64,000 nucleotides of DNA from Mobula hypostoma. Lineage: Eukaryota. The notes below the pieces were generated by a model. The model saw only the letters and a list, made by a program, of their open reading frames with translations, ran no database searches and had not been told where the DNA came from. The position numbers were made by a program, and so were the translations under genes. The stretch is from positions 133,488,001 through 133,552,000 of the forward strand of contig NC_086097.1 in the NCBI RefSeq assembly GCF_963921235.1, read 5' to 3'. Shown one piece after another: positions 10,716 to 21,829 of the stretch; position 1 is the first letter of the stretch, and each line of letters starts with the position of its first letter.

Positions 10716-11566
10716 CAATGGCTTGCAAAAGTTTGGGCATCCTGGTCAAAATTTCTGTTACTGTGAATAGCTAAGTGAGGAAAAGATAAACCGATTTCCA
10801 AAAGGCATAAAGCTAAAGATGACACATTTCTTTAATATTTTAAGCAAAAAAACTTTTTTATTTCCATCTTTTACAGTTTCAAAATAACAAAAAAGGAAAA
10901 GGGCCCGAAGCAAGGTTTGGGCACCCTGCATGGTCAGTATTTAGTAATACCCACTTTGGCAAGTATCACAGCTTGTAAACACTTTTTGTAGCCAGATAAG
11001 AGTCTTTCAATTCTTGTTTGGGGGATTTTTTCCCATTCTTCCTTGCAAAAGGCTTCTAGTTCTGTAAGATTCTTGGGCTGTCTTGCATGCATTGCTCTTT
11101 TGAGGCCTATCCACAGATTCTCGATGATGTTTAGGTCAGGGGACTGTGAGGGCCATGACAAAACCTTCAGCTTGCGCCTCTTGAGGTAGTCCATTGTGGA
11201 TTCTGAGGTGTGTTTAGGATCATTATCCTGTTGTAGAAGCTATCCTCTTTTCATCTTTGGCTTTTTTTACAGACGGTGTGATGTTTGCTTCTAGAATTTG
11301 CTAGTATTTAATTGAATTCATTCTTCCCTCTACCAGTAAATGTTCCCCGTGCCACTGGCTGCAACACAAGCCCAAAGCATGATCCATCCACCCCCATGCT
11401 TAACAGTTGGAGAGGTGTTCTTTTCATGAAATTCTGCACCCTTTTTTCTCCAAATATACCTTTGCTCATTGCAGCCAAAAAGTTCTATTCAAAAGATTCA
11501 AAGGAACATCTAAACAAGCCTGATGCATTTTGGAAATCAGTCCTGTGGACTGATAAAGTTAAATAG
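10716..11566 (-). mobile_element. Tc1-like (IR/DR) transposon, one end plus catalytic region
   Basis: TA|CAATGGCTTGCAAAAGTTTGGGCA terminus with inner direct repeat at ~10908-10930; QQDNDPKH, WPSQSPDLNIIENLW and TVKHGGG motifs. Confidence 0.9.
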
Positions 11567-11934
11567 TTCACCGTTCCCCATTCCCATTTCCCTCTCTCAC
11601 CTTATCACCTTACCTGCTCATCACCTCCCTCTGGTTTTCCTTCCCCCTTCCTTTTCTTCAATGGTCTTCCTCTCCTATCAGATTCCCCCTTCTCCAGCCC
11701 TTCATCTCTTTCACCAATTGACTTTCTAGCTCTTTACTTCACCCCTCCCACTCTCTTGGTTTCACCTATCACCTTCTACCATGTACTTCTTCCTCCCCTT
11801 CCCCCACGTACTTACTCTGATTTCTCATCTCTTTTTCCAGTCCTGATGAAGGGTTTCAGGCTGAAACATGACTGTTTACTCTTTTCTTTAGATGCTGCCT
11901 GTCTAGCTGAGTTTCTCCAGCATTTTGTATATAT
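11567..11934 (+). mobile_element. Penelope-like element 3' end with hammerhead ribozyme motif
   Basis: Pyrimidine-rich tract then CAGTC-CTGATGA-AGGGTTTCAGGCT-GAAAC-AT-GACTG (11838-11874); same 3' end as the GIY-YIG element at 21830-23015. Confidence 0.8.
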
Positions 11935-11948
11935 TACTGCAGTTAGAT

Positions 11949-12164
11949 TAGCTGGCTGGTGATGTAGTAGCATCAGTGCCGGACTTTGGAGCAAAGGCTC
12001 CAGAGTTCGAATCCACCCGGCTCCCTTGCACGCTTACCATCCATGCTGGGTTGAGAGTCGAGCTAGCAACTCGGCCTCGTAAAAATAAGAAAGCCTGCTA
12101 AAAAACTGCCGTCATGACGGCATCCTGATGACTCTACTCAGAGTTAAGGGCTTTCTTTTTCTTC
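11949..12164 (+). mobile_element. tRNA-derived SINE with 14-bp target-site duplication
   Basis: A-box-like TGGTGATGTAGTAG, B box GAGTTCGAATCC, (CTT)n-like tail; TSD TACTGCAGTTAGAT at 11935-11948 and 12165-12178. Confidence 0.9.
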
Positions 12165-12623
12165 TACTGCAGTTAGATAGAGCATTTCGTAGCCTCTGTG
12201 CTCATCACTGGTGGTGGAGTATGGTTGGGGAAGAGCTTTTGGTTGTAAGAGAATGAAAGGCTGCCCTATCAAGTGAGGTTTGACAGTTTAGGCCTATATT
12301 CTTGACAGGCAAACTTGAGACATATAAAATTCTGAGAGAGTATGACAGGCTAGATAAAGTTTTGACTAGTGGGAAAGTTTCAGACAAGGGGATGTTGTTA
12401 TTCAGACAAGATAAGAGAATTGTCCCTTAAAATGAGCTGCACAGAAATTTCTTTTTGTAGAGTGTGATGATTCTCTGGAATTCTCTGTCCCGGAAGATTC
12501 AGATTATTGGAAGTATTTAAGTTGGAGGCAGTTTTTTTTTAAAGATCTAGGAATTGAACGCTATGGTACAAAAGAGGTGAGCCATGATCATTTTGCATTA
12601 TGAGGCTGGCTTGATGTCCTCCC

Positions 12624-13176
12624 TGTTGGAGTGTGTTTTTTTGGGTAGATGATTTGTTTACACTAAAATGACTTTGGCCACCAGACTTCTATTTGACTAT
12701 TTGACAAAGTTCTGTGGATTGAGTCCACAACAATGCGCTTCCTAAAAAGGAGTGAATACCAGATGCTTTGACCAGATGCTGTAGTTTTGAAGACAGTATT
12801 ATCTATACATTATAAATATTAATGGTCTTCTATGTTAGCATGTAAAATGCCAAATAAATGTTTTGTGGATTTAATTTGCGTTCCTAAAGGCTGTGGATAC
12901 CAACCCAGACATGTTGGTGTCGGAAGGAAAGGATGAAGTTAGGTGGTGTGATATTTCGTATGTAGCTTCAATAGGAAGCATTGTCTATAACTTTAAGTAG
13001 CGATTGCCTTTTGTGTTTAGCATATAAATATGGAGCCCACATTGGGCTAGCAGACCTTTCTACCGAAAGCGTCTCCATCTGTATGATGCCTGCTGTACCT
13101 TGTTGTTTGAATAAAGAAGCTGCTTTGTATCTACCAGTGACTCTGTCTCTCCGGTGATTTCATCCGTGCTACAACA
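12624..13176 (+). mobile_element. Solo LTR (553 bp)
   Basis: TGTTG...CAACA termini, TATAAAA near 13023, AATAAA near 13110, flanks CTCCC/CTCCT; related copy at 20690-21039. Confidence 0.85.
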
Positions 13177-13492
13177 CTCCTCCTGTTCCTATCTTCCTGT
13201 GTTTTTTTGTGTAAAATTACTTGAATTGAGTTAGATAGAATCTGTAGCAAAATGACAGGAAAACGGGAGTTTCCAAAGGGTGGTGGACTCAGCGAGTCCA
13301 TTGCATGTCCAGCTCTGGACGACTACAAGAGGTGATGTCGCAGGAAGGTGATATCCATCATCAGGGACGTCCCTCATTCTGGACTGTGCCTCTTCTCGTT
13401 GCTCTCATCAAGCAGGATCCAGGAGCCCAAAGAGCAACACTGAAAACCCTAACACTACCTTGCACTATATTTCTCTCAACTAGCATGAATGT

Positions 13493-13722
13493 TGCTGTTG
13501 CGTAGCTCACCGAGCTGGCTTGTTAGCTTGCAGACGTTTGGTTACCCAGCTAGGCAACGTCATCAGTGCAACTTTGAGTGAAGTGTTGGTGTTCATTCGA
13601 AGTTGCACTGATGATGTTGCCTAGCTGGGCAGCCAAACATCCGCAAGCTAACAAGCCAGCTCCGCAAGCCACTCAACAATAACATCCTCAACCCGAGCTA
13701 CAAATCTTTTCCAACATCTTAA
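13493..13722. mobile_element. Penelope (Poseidon-type) derived inverted-repeat insertion with two hammerhead motifs
   Basis: Arms 13493-13582 and 13592-13682; CTGATGA...AAAC core on each strand; 12-bp TSD TAGCATGAATGT at 13481-13492 and 13723-13734. Confidence 0.8.
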
Positions 13723-14199
13723 TAGCATGAATGTCATATTCGTTTATTTTATTTGGTTATGTAAGTTGTTTATAAATTATGTTAACTTAAATTTATGTAA
13801 TTTAGCTTTCACATGTTTTTAACGTACTGTGCTGCTGCTGCAGAAAATCTAATTTTTGTAGCACTTTTACCCTGAGCATAAAAATAAATTTAAACTTGAA
13901 ACTTGAGGTTATTTAGCCCAACTGCTCCATGTTCTCTTAATGCCTCACATAAGGGCCCATCCTTCTCTTTCTTTCCTCCTCATGTGATTATCTAGCTTCT
14001 CCTTACATGCCTCTCGATTATTCTCATCCACTCCTTTTGGGAAGAAATTTCCTGTCTACATAAGGAAATCTCAAAAATCCTTCGGGCAGAACCCTCCCCA
14101 TCACCTACATTTAGTTAATTAAGTCATTTCATACAGTTATGACATATTTTTCTCTCATTTGGGCATGTGTAACATAATGTATAGCTTCCCACTGCAGAG

Positions 14200-14778
14200 G
14201 TCTGAGGTTCCCTCCTGTTTCTAAAGGTCAGCAAACATACTGGTGCCCAAAATGAGCAGGGTGAGCTGCCTCAATGACTATCATTCATTAGCACTTAAAT
14301 CTACAGTAATGAAGTGGTTAAAAAGGTTGGTTATAGCTAGAATTAACTCCATCCTGTTCGATGACCTGGACCCACTGCAATTCACCTAATTGAACAGATC
14401 TACAGTGGGTGGGATCTCACTGGCTCTCCACTCTGCTTTGGAACACCTAGACAACAGCAAAACATACGTCAAGTTGTTGTTTATTGATTATACTTACCAT
14501 TCATACTATCATCCCTCGTGTTAATTGGCAAGCTTCTAAACCTGGGTCTCTATACCTTCGTCTGCAACTGGATCCTTGACTTCCTCAGTGGGAGACCACA
14601 GTGACTATGAATCAGTGATAACATCTCCTCCTCACTGACAATCAACACAGGCACTCCACAGGGATATGTGTTTAGCTCTCTCCTCTACTTTCTCTACACT
14701 CATGACTGTGTTGCTAAGCATAACTTAAACACTATCTCTATAAATTCACAGTTGTTGGTAAAATCTCAGATGGCACCA
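14200..14778 (+). mobile_element. Rex/Babar RT fragment, decayed
   Basis: [43 protein letters not shown]. Confidence 0.8.
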
Positions 14779-14779
14779 A

Positions 14780-15330
14780 CTCGTGTGTTCAACCAATGTG
14801 CAAAAGGCAACAAAACTGTGCAAATACAAAGACAAAAAAATACTACTACTACTACTACATCGACTCAGGCCTAGGGGGGCCAGTGTTGGGCACAAAGAGA
14901 TAATAGTAATAAGCAATAAATATCGAGAACATGAGATGAAGAGTCCTTGAAAGTGAGTCCATAGGTTGTGGGAACATTTCAATGATAGGGAAAGGGAAGT
15001 TGAGTGAAGTTATCCCCTTTGGTTCAAGAGCCTGATAGTTGAGGGGTAATTACTGTTCCTGAATCTGGTGGTGTGAGTCCTAAGGCTCCTGTACATTCTT
15101 CCTGATGGCAGCAGAGAGCATGACCTGGGTGGTGGGGATCACTGATAATGGATGCTGCTTTCCTCTGACGGTGCTACATGTAGGTGTACTCAATAGTTGG
15201 GAGGACTTTACCTGTGATGGACTGGGCCGTATCTACTACTTTCTATACGATTTTCCATTCAAGGGAATTGGTGTTTCCATACCAGGCTGTGATGCAGCCA
15301 GTCAATATATTCCCTATGGATGCCTCTATA
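14780..15330 (-). mobile_element. Rex/Babar 3' fragment
   Basis: NILTGCITAWYGN on the minus strand plus a typical 3' UTR. Confidence 0.75.
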
Positions 15331-15619
15331 ATCCCCTCCGTATGACCTGGTGAACTGCCTGACGTGATGAATTCCTTCAGCATTTTATGTGTGTTGCGCA
15401 AGATTTCCAACATTTGCAGAATCTCTTGCGTTTCTGATTTTGAATATTTGGCCCTGAAATTCCAGGATTGCATTTAATAAATCTTACACTGAATTCCCCA
15501 ATCTGAACAGCAGGTGGTGCTGAGAGGTAGTGTGTCAGCAAACCGGTGAACTTGCAGATGAAACCTCACCCGGTGGAACACAGAACAGGATAGTACAGGA
15601 ACAGGATTTTCGGCCCACT

Positions 15620-16265
15620 ATGTCTGTGCCAAAAACATTGGAGCAGAATTAGGCCATTCGGTCCATCAAGTTTGCTCCACCATTCCATCATGGCTGATTT
15701 ATTATCCCTCTCAACCCCATTCCCCTGCCCTCTCCCATAACCTTTGATGCCCTTACTAATCAAGAACCTATCAACCTCCACTTCAAATGCACTCAATCAC
15801 ATGATCACAAAAGCCACCTGTGGCAATGAATTCTACAGATTCACCAGCCTCTAGCTAAAGAAATTCCTCCACATCTCTGTTCTAAATGGACGTTCCTCTA
15901 TTCTGAGGCTGTGCCCTCTGGTCCTAGACTCCCCCACTATAGGAAACATCCTCTCTACATCCTTCCTTAGATAAGGGGCCCAAAACTACTCACAATACTC
16001 TGTGCAGTGTGACCATTGCCTTATAGAGCCTCAGTATTACCTCTTTGCTCTTATATTCTAGTCTTCTCAAAATGAATGCTAACATTATATTTGCCTTCCT
16101 TACAACCAACTGAACCTGCCAGTTAACCTTAAGAGAATCCTGCACAAGGACTCTTAATTCCCTTTGCACCTCTGATTTCTGAGTTTGCTCCCCGTTTAAT
16201 AAATAGTCTATGCTTTTATTCCTTTTACCAAAGTGCATGACCATGCCTTCCCTAAACTGTATTCT
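15620..16265 (-). mobile_element. CR1 3' portion
   Basis: VMHFGKRN, VVRKANIMLAFILR.LEYKSKEVILRLYKAMV, DRFLISKGIKGYG. Confidence 0.85.
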
Positions 16266-16779
16266 ATATCCCATTTCTTGATTTAAATGTACGTGGATTT
16301 TTTCCCTCCATTCCCTGTCTGTTTTGTTCATATCCCTGTCTAAATACCTTATCAATTTTGATGGTACTATCTGTGCACATCATGAGTACCGCAGTTAACA
16401 GGGAATCAGGTTCAACTCCAGAGAGGAAGCCTGAGAAATGGCTACTCCATTCAATGACAGCAGCAGGCACTGCCAGCTCAGGGAGAGAGTGGTTAAAAAT
16501 AACACTACAGGGCTCTTCCATGACCTTGTTATTGGAATGACTGCACTTTAAATCCTTTATGAATAGACCAGCCAACCAATTATAACCTTGTAACCATTAA
16601 CCAAAATATCAGGTCATCAGCATTAGGGGAAAGCCTTTAGTATCTAGCCATCAGTAACTTTCCAAGGCATTATAATGCATATAACTTGTTAACAGAGCAG
16701 CTCTAAATTTTCACTGCAGGGTATAGGTCAAAGCATAGTATTATGTTGTGTGAGCAACAGGTTAATAACTGTCTTCCAG

Positions 16780-17830
16780 TTTCAAAGAAATACAATAGAA
16801 TTCACAAAAAAAACACAAAATAACAAAGATAGTTGTACATTCAATGTGCAAAAAAAAGAACAATTCATGCAAAAAGTTTTTAAAAAAACAATCCACAGAA
16901 CATGAACCGCAGAGTGCCTGAAAGGAAATCATCTGCTCTGTAGCCAGATCAATACTGAGTCGGTCCAGAAGCCCAGTGGCTGCAGGCCACAGTTATGGAG
17001 CCAGCTTCAGTGCTGATGCAAGCCACAACAGCAAGGTCATTTCAGTGCTGAGGCAAGTAAATCCTCCAGGAGTAGTGAGCTGGACACTGGTTTGCCCATT
17101 GCCTCGATGCCTTATTCATTTTAATCTGCCCCGGTGCTTAAATCGGACAAAAAAGGGCTTGTTATCTGCTCTCCAGCTCCTGCGGTGTCACTTCAGTCTG
17201 CTTCAGCAATGGCTGTCGCAGCCGTACTTGCATTCTCAAGAGTCCTATTTGCTGAATATTTCAGGATACAACAGAAATGTCAGGCTGCACAGACTGTTCC
17301 AAAGAACACCTCCCAGAGGGAAAATACAGGTTGTAAATTGCAGCGATCGTAGTCCAGAAAAAGTATACTTAGTAGAATTATTAGTAGCTTGTTTGCTGCC
17401 TGCAAAGTGTCGCCATGTCTGGCTAGCTTCATCTTTGCAGAATCCTCGCCACAACCAAGGCAACATGGCTCCCCTGCCATCAGTCTCACCAATGAACCAG
17501 TGAACAAGCCTTGCAGTATTCTACTTCACCAATGTTCAACAGGGTCTTGCAATCACAATAAAAAAATGTCCAAGATAATCACTGGCACTGCACACCGTCT
17601 CAGCACATAGGTTGTAACAAGTCCAAACAACAACACAACAACGTTACGCAGTAGGTCCTGCTCGACTGCTATCGAACAAATCGTTGATGGGATAGTCCTG
17701 CAGTACTTGATGTTCTCAGTATCCAGCAGTGACTTGCGATCGTAACAGAGCCGTCCAGGATGAACAAATTCACCTTTGATTGGATCTGGAGTGGCAAATG
17801 TATTTGAGCGTGCTGCCATCATACCTGAAA
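16780..17830 (-). mobile_element. Probable non-autonomous Rex/L2-related retroposon
   Basis: Minus strand starts GATGGCAGCACG near 17820, has a short LCYDRKSLL-type leader and a T-rich 3' UTR resembling Rex tails. Confidence 0.4.
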
Positions 17831-18527
17831 CTGCACAACCCTAATCATGGCAGTTTAGTAGCACCATAACCACTATGATCACTTTGCGCTAAAATTAACT
17901 TTGTCTTTTTTCTGTTGTAGTTATGTTCTTTCTTCTAAAGATTGTGTATAATTTAAGATTAACTTATTTTTTTATTTGAATGTGCTTGCAGTATGTGATG
18001 CTATCTGCCTGTGACGCTGCTACAAGTTTTTCATTGCAACTGTGCATTCATGTACATGAATACACTTTAAATTTGTTACCAACAGACAGCCTACAGATTG
18101 TACACCCTCACCGTTAATCAAAATGCCATGTCACCAGTATTAGGAGAAAACCTTCAGACTCTCATCTTCAACCCTTTGAACCAGTACCTTTCCAAGGCAC
18201 AGTAATATTCAGATACCAGTGGATGAACAATAAAACAGCTGGTATTTAAATTGTTAACAGACCGGCTCCAACATTTCACTGCAGGGTATAGGTTAAAACA
18301 TACCATTACATAAATGTATTATGTTGAATGAGCAACAGATTAGTAACTTTTACGTATACACACCACTTTCTGAGTTTTGGTACTTTCTACCCCTCTAACA
18401 GAACTACTTTGTCACTGTCACACACAATATTTCTGCTTTCTTGACCATTTAAAAATCTCTCCAAGGCATCTTGGGAAATATGTTCCAAACCAGTGACTAG
18501 AAGTTCAAAAATATCAGGCATAGAAAA

Positions 18528-18680
18528 ATGGCAGTGGGTAGTGCTGCTTCCTGACAATTCCAGGCACCCAGGTTCCATCCTGACCTCAGCCGCTGTCTAT
18601 TTGGAGTTTGATTGTTCTCCCTGTGACTGTGTACGTTTCCTCCAAGTGACCCAATTTCCTCCCACGTTCCAGAATATGTC
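18528..18680 (+). mobile_element. HE1/V-SINE-type SINE fragment
   Basis: tRNA-like head with GGTTCCATCC box, then core GGAGTTTG..GTTCTCCCTGTGACTG.GT.GTTTCCTCC...TTTCCTCCCAC. Confidence 0.75.
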
Positions 18681-18684
18681 CACA

Positions 18685-20150
18685 GTAGTCATTGCTGGGA
18701 CATGTGCACACACTGACCATCCCAGACCCCAAGGGACATCTGTCACTGACTGTGACGCAGAAGGGGTGAGAGACAGGTCCGGTAGGGAGTCCAAGTTGCA
18801 CACACAAAGTCTGGTCCGGAAAGCCGCCTGCTTTGTTAGCATCCACCAGAGCTTCATGTGTATCTAAAAAGCCATGTGGGTGTGGAGGAAGATAGAGCGA
18901 GTGTGTTCTGCTATGGTGCTTGAACAAGGGGCTGGAATCTTATCTCTACCTGGTGGCGGCGATTTCCTGGACACAGCAGACATTTGATGTGTGGGTGATC
19001 AGTTGCTTTGCAATAAGCTCACAAATTGTTTCTCCACTGTCATTCATGCTCTTGAGGGGGGTGTTAAGGGAAATTTCCCTAATTGCCTGATGAAGGAGAG
19101 GGAGAAGTGGAGAGTCCGTCATCATGCCCGACGCCGGCCCCCTAGGCCTGAGTTGACGTAATAGTAGTAGTAGTAGTCCCTGACTTCATGGGTTCTGGAG
19201 ACACTACTGACAAGGGTCCTGCTGCCTGAATTGGTTCTGGGAATGGAACTGAGGCTCTGGCTGATGAATGGGAGGGTCATTCCATAAGACACTTGTCAAT
19301 TCGGAGGGCCAGAGTGATGAGGCTTTCAATGTTGGCTGGTATCCCTTGGGTAGACAGCTTGTCTTTCAAGTGCTCTAAGTGGCTGTGATGGTAATGGGCC
19401 AGCAGCGCTTCCTTCCTCTGGCTGCATCTGCCATGAGGGTCCGCAGTGTATTCCAACAGTAAGCATGAGCCTTGATGCAGGTGAGGTATCTGATCGGCTG
19501 CCTCCCTTCCATTTCCCAGATGGTCAAACACCTGGTGCCTCTCAGCAATGGATTCCTCATATTTTTTTTGCAAATGGTGGTTTTATTGCCCCAGGTCAGA
19601 GCTTGCCTAGTTAAGAGAGAAATGAAAAAACAATGTTCGCTCAGTCCATGGGACACAGAGATAGCTGGAGCTCAAAGTGTAAATGCACTGGGACAGGAAG
19701 TTGCAGCATTGGTTTGGGGATCCGTTGGAGTGTTTGATCACCAGAATCCGGAGTGCTGAGGGAGGAGTTTGACTGGCACAGGGTTGCTGTAACGAGACAG
19801 AGAGTTGGTTGAGAGTGGAGAGCAGATGGTCAATGGTTTTACTGCTGCTTCTGGATCGTGTGCTCATGTTAGCTGACAACATCTTTCGGCAAGCAAACTC
19901 TTGGGTCAATCACATGTCCACTCATCCTATGAGGAAATGTAGAGAGGGCCTGGCCCAAACACAGAGCAATAATTTTGATAAATTGCAAAATTACACGCCG
20001 TGAGAGGCCACAAAACAGAAGAGAATGGATACTTAAGCAACAAGGGAACAAGGTAACTGAAGACTAGGAACAACTGGTTGAGCCTGGCTGGTTCGTGTGA
20101 GAGTGAACAAGAACTGTGGATGAGAGCTGGGTTTAAGTACACACATAACT
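18685..20150 (-). mobile_element. Decayed Ty3/Gypsy (sushi-like) element: 5' LTR remnant, gag and protease
   Basis: CCNFLSQC, FFISLLTRQALTW, LKDKLSTQGIPANIESLITLALRIDKCL, ALVDANKAG (decayed ALVDSGA), PFCVTVSDRCPLGSG. Confidence 0.75.
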
Positions 20151-20329
20151 ATCCGGACATCAGGGGAAAAAAATTTCTGTGCTTAAGATCCTAAGGTCCG
20201 GGCTGCCAAATACACAGCCACCAGTATAGAACAATTAAAATAAGGCATGAAGAATTGCAGAGAGCTCAGGGATTGTTTTTGGAGGAGGTTATGGAGATGA
20301 GTGGTTCTGACCAAGGTAATGGCGGATCT

Positions 20330-20670
20330 GAAGATAAGGAATTTAAACTTCACTGAAGTGTGAAGCATGTAGTGAAAGCTTCTTGAGAGTATTTCTTCAA
20401 ATTCTTCAAATGCCGCCATTTCATTCATAGTCAGCTCACTGACAAATGACCAATTGCCATACGCACTTGAAAGCATAGCTTTAAGATCAGGGCTGGGAGA
20501 TTTAAGAGGGACATCATGGGCAGCTTCTTCACGCGTGCATATTTGAAATGGAGCTGCTAGAAATATAGTTGAAGCAGGCACATTATCAACATTTAAAAGC
20601 TACTGAGATAAGTACATGGGTGGGAGAGGTTTAAAGGTCTATGGACCAAACACAGGTATATGATTGGCTA
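20330..20670 (+). mobile_element. CR1 3' end, decayed
   Basis: Typical CR1 terminal coding segment (FFT.RV..IWN.L...VEA..LSTFK..LDKYM). Confidence 0.7.
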
Positions 20671-20689
20671 CCAGTCTTCACTCCTGAAA

Positions 20690-21039
20690 ATGTATTGTGC
20701 ATTTAATTTGGAGTGCATCCCTGAACAATGGGTTCCTAAAAGCTGTGAACCCCGGTCCAGACAATGCTGATTAAAATTCATTTTGATGTCTGTGGTGTGG
20801 ATGTGAATCAGGAGGTGTGAAGGTTGTATGTCATTTCAAAGAAAACATTGTCCATACATTGTAAATATGGAGTCGTCCTTTGATGTTTGGCATATAAAAT
20901 ATTGAGCCCCACGTTGGGCCAGCAGACATTTCCACCGAAAGCCTCTTCATATGATGCCTGGTGTACCTTGTTTTGTTGAATTAAAAAGCTGCTTTGTATC
21001 TGCCAGTAATTTTCTCCGGCGATTTCATTCACGCAACAA
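20690..21039 (+). mobile_element. Partial LTR of the same family as 12624-13176
   Basis: Shared block CATATAAAATA..GAGCCC.AC.TTGGGC.AGCAGAC.TTT..ACCGAAAGC...GCTGCTTTGTATCT.CCAGT...CTCCGG.GATTTCAT. Confidence 0.8.
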
Positions 21040-21829
21040 TGACTTTACAAATCTGTAACACAGGCATTGTAAGCCACGGCAGAAGTGAACCTTTGATCAG
21101 TTCCATGGGTAAATTTCTTTGTCATGTGTTGTAAGTTTGCAGGTTTGTTGTACAGTATTCAGGAAGCACACAAATAAGAGCTACCAAACAGCAATGGTTT
21201 CTTTTAGGCTTACATTTTTCCTGATTGATTTATTGTCAGAATTAACAAAGCATACTACACCAGTCATGTTTTTGGATGTGTTCCTCCTAGCAGTTGATTA
21301 GAGTGAGCTGTTATTTTCTCATGGTGATAGCTATTGTGATCCAAAAGGCTGTCCTGTGATATGTGACTAACCAGGCTCTGTGCAGTGGACAAATACTGCT
21401 TGTGAAAAGAATTCTTAATTTTCATTTAATCCAAAAAAGTTACCTCTGAAATTCTATAACAAAAATGAGCTGGGATATTAAATTAAATACTTTGTCTTAT
21501 ATGTTTCTCTGGTGCTTTAAGCTTTAACAGATGACTAATTGAAGTGGTTGAATTTGACTAATTCAAGTGGTTGAACTTCATGCTATGATTTTACCCAACA
21601 CAATTTATTTATCTTGGTAATTTCATGAGAGGATATTTTTTAAGATTGCTCCTGTAATAAATGCTATAATTTGAATTGTTTGTACAAAATATCCAGTTAT
21701 CATCTCCTCAAGCATGCATCCTATACAGCAAACAGCCAGCAGGACAATAAAGATAGCAAGTTAGATGTCAAAAAGAAATAGATGGGGCTTGGACGAAGTT
21801 TGCATTCTGTTGACAGTGGACCAGAGGGG

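Noticed and set aside
11949..12030. tRNA gene
   Set aside because: A and B boxes belong to a TSD-flanked SINE with body and tail; no complete cloverleaf found
12125..12152. CTGATGA-CTC...GAG as a hammerhead in the SINE tail
   Set aside because: The stem is followed by TTAA rather than GAAA and no helix I partner is evident
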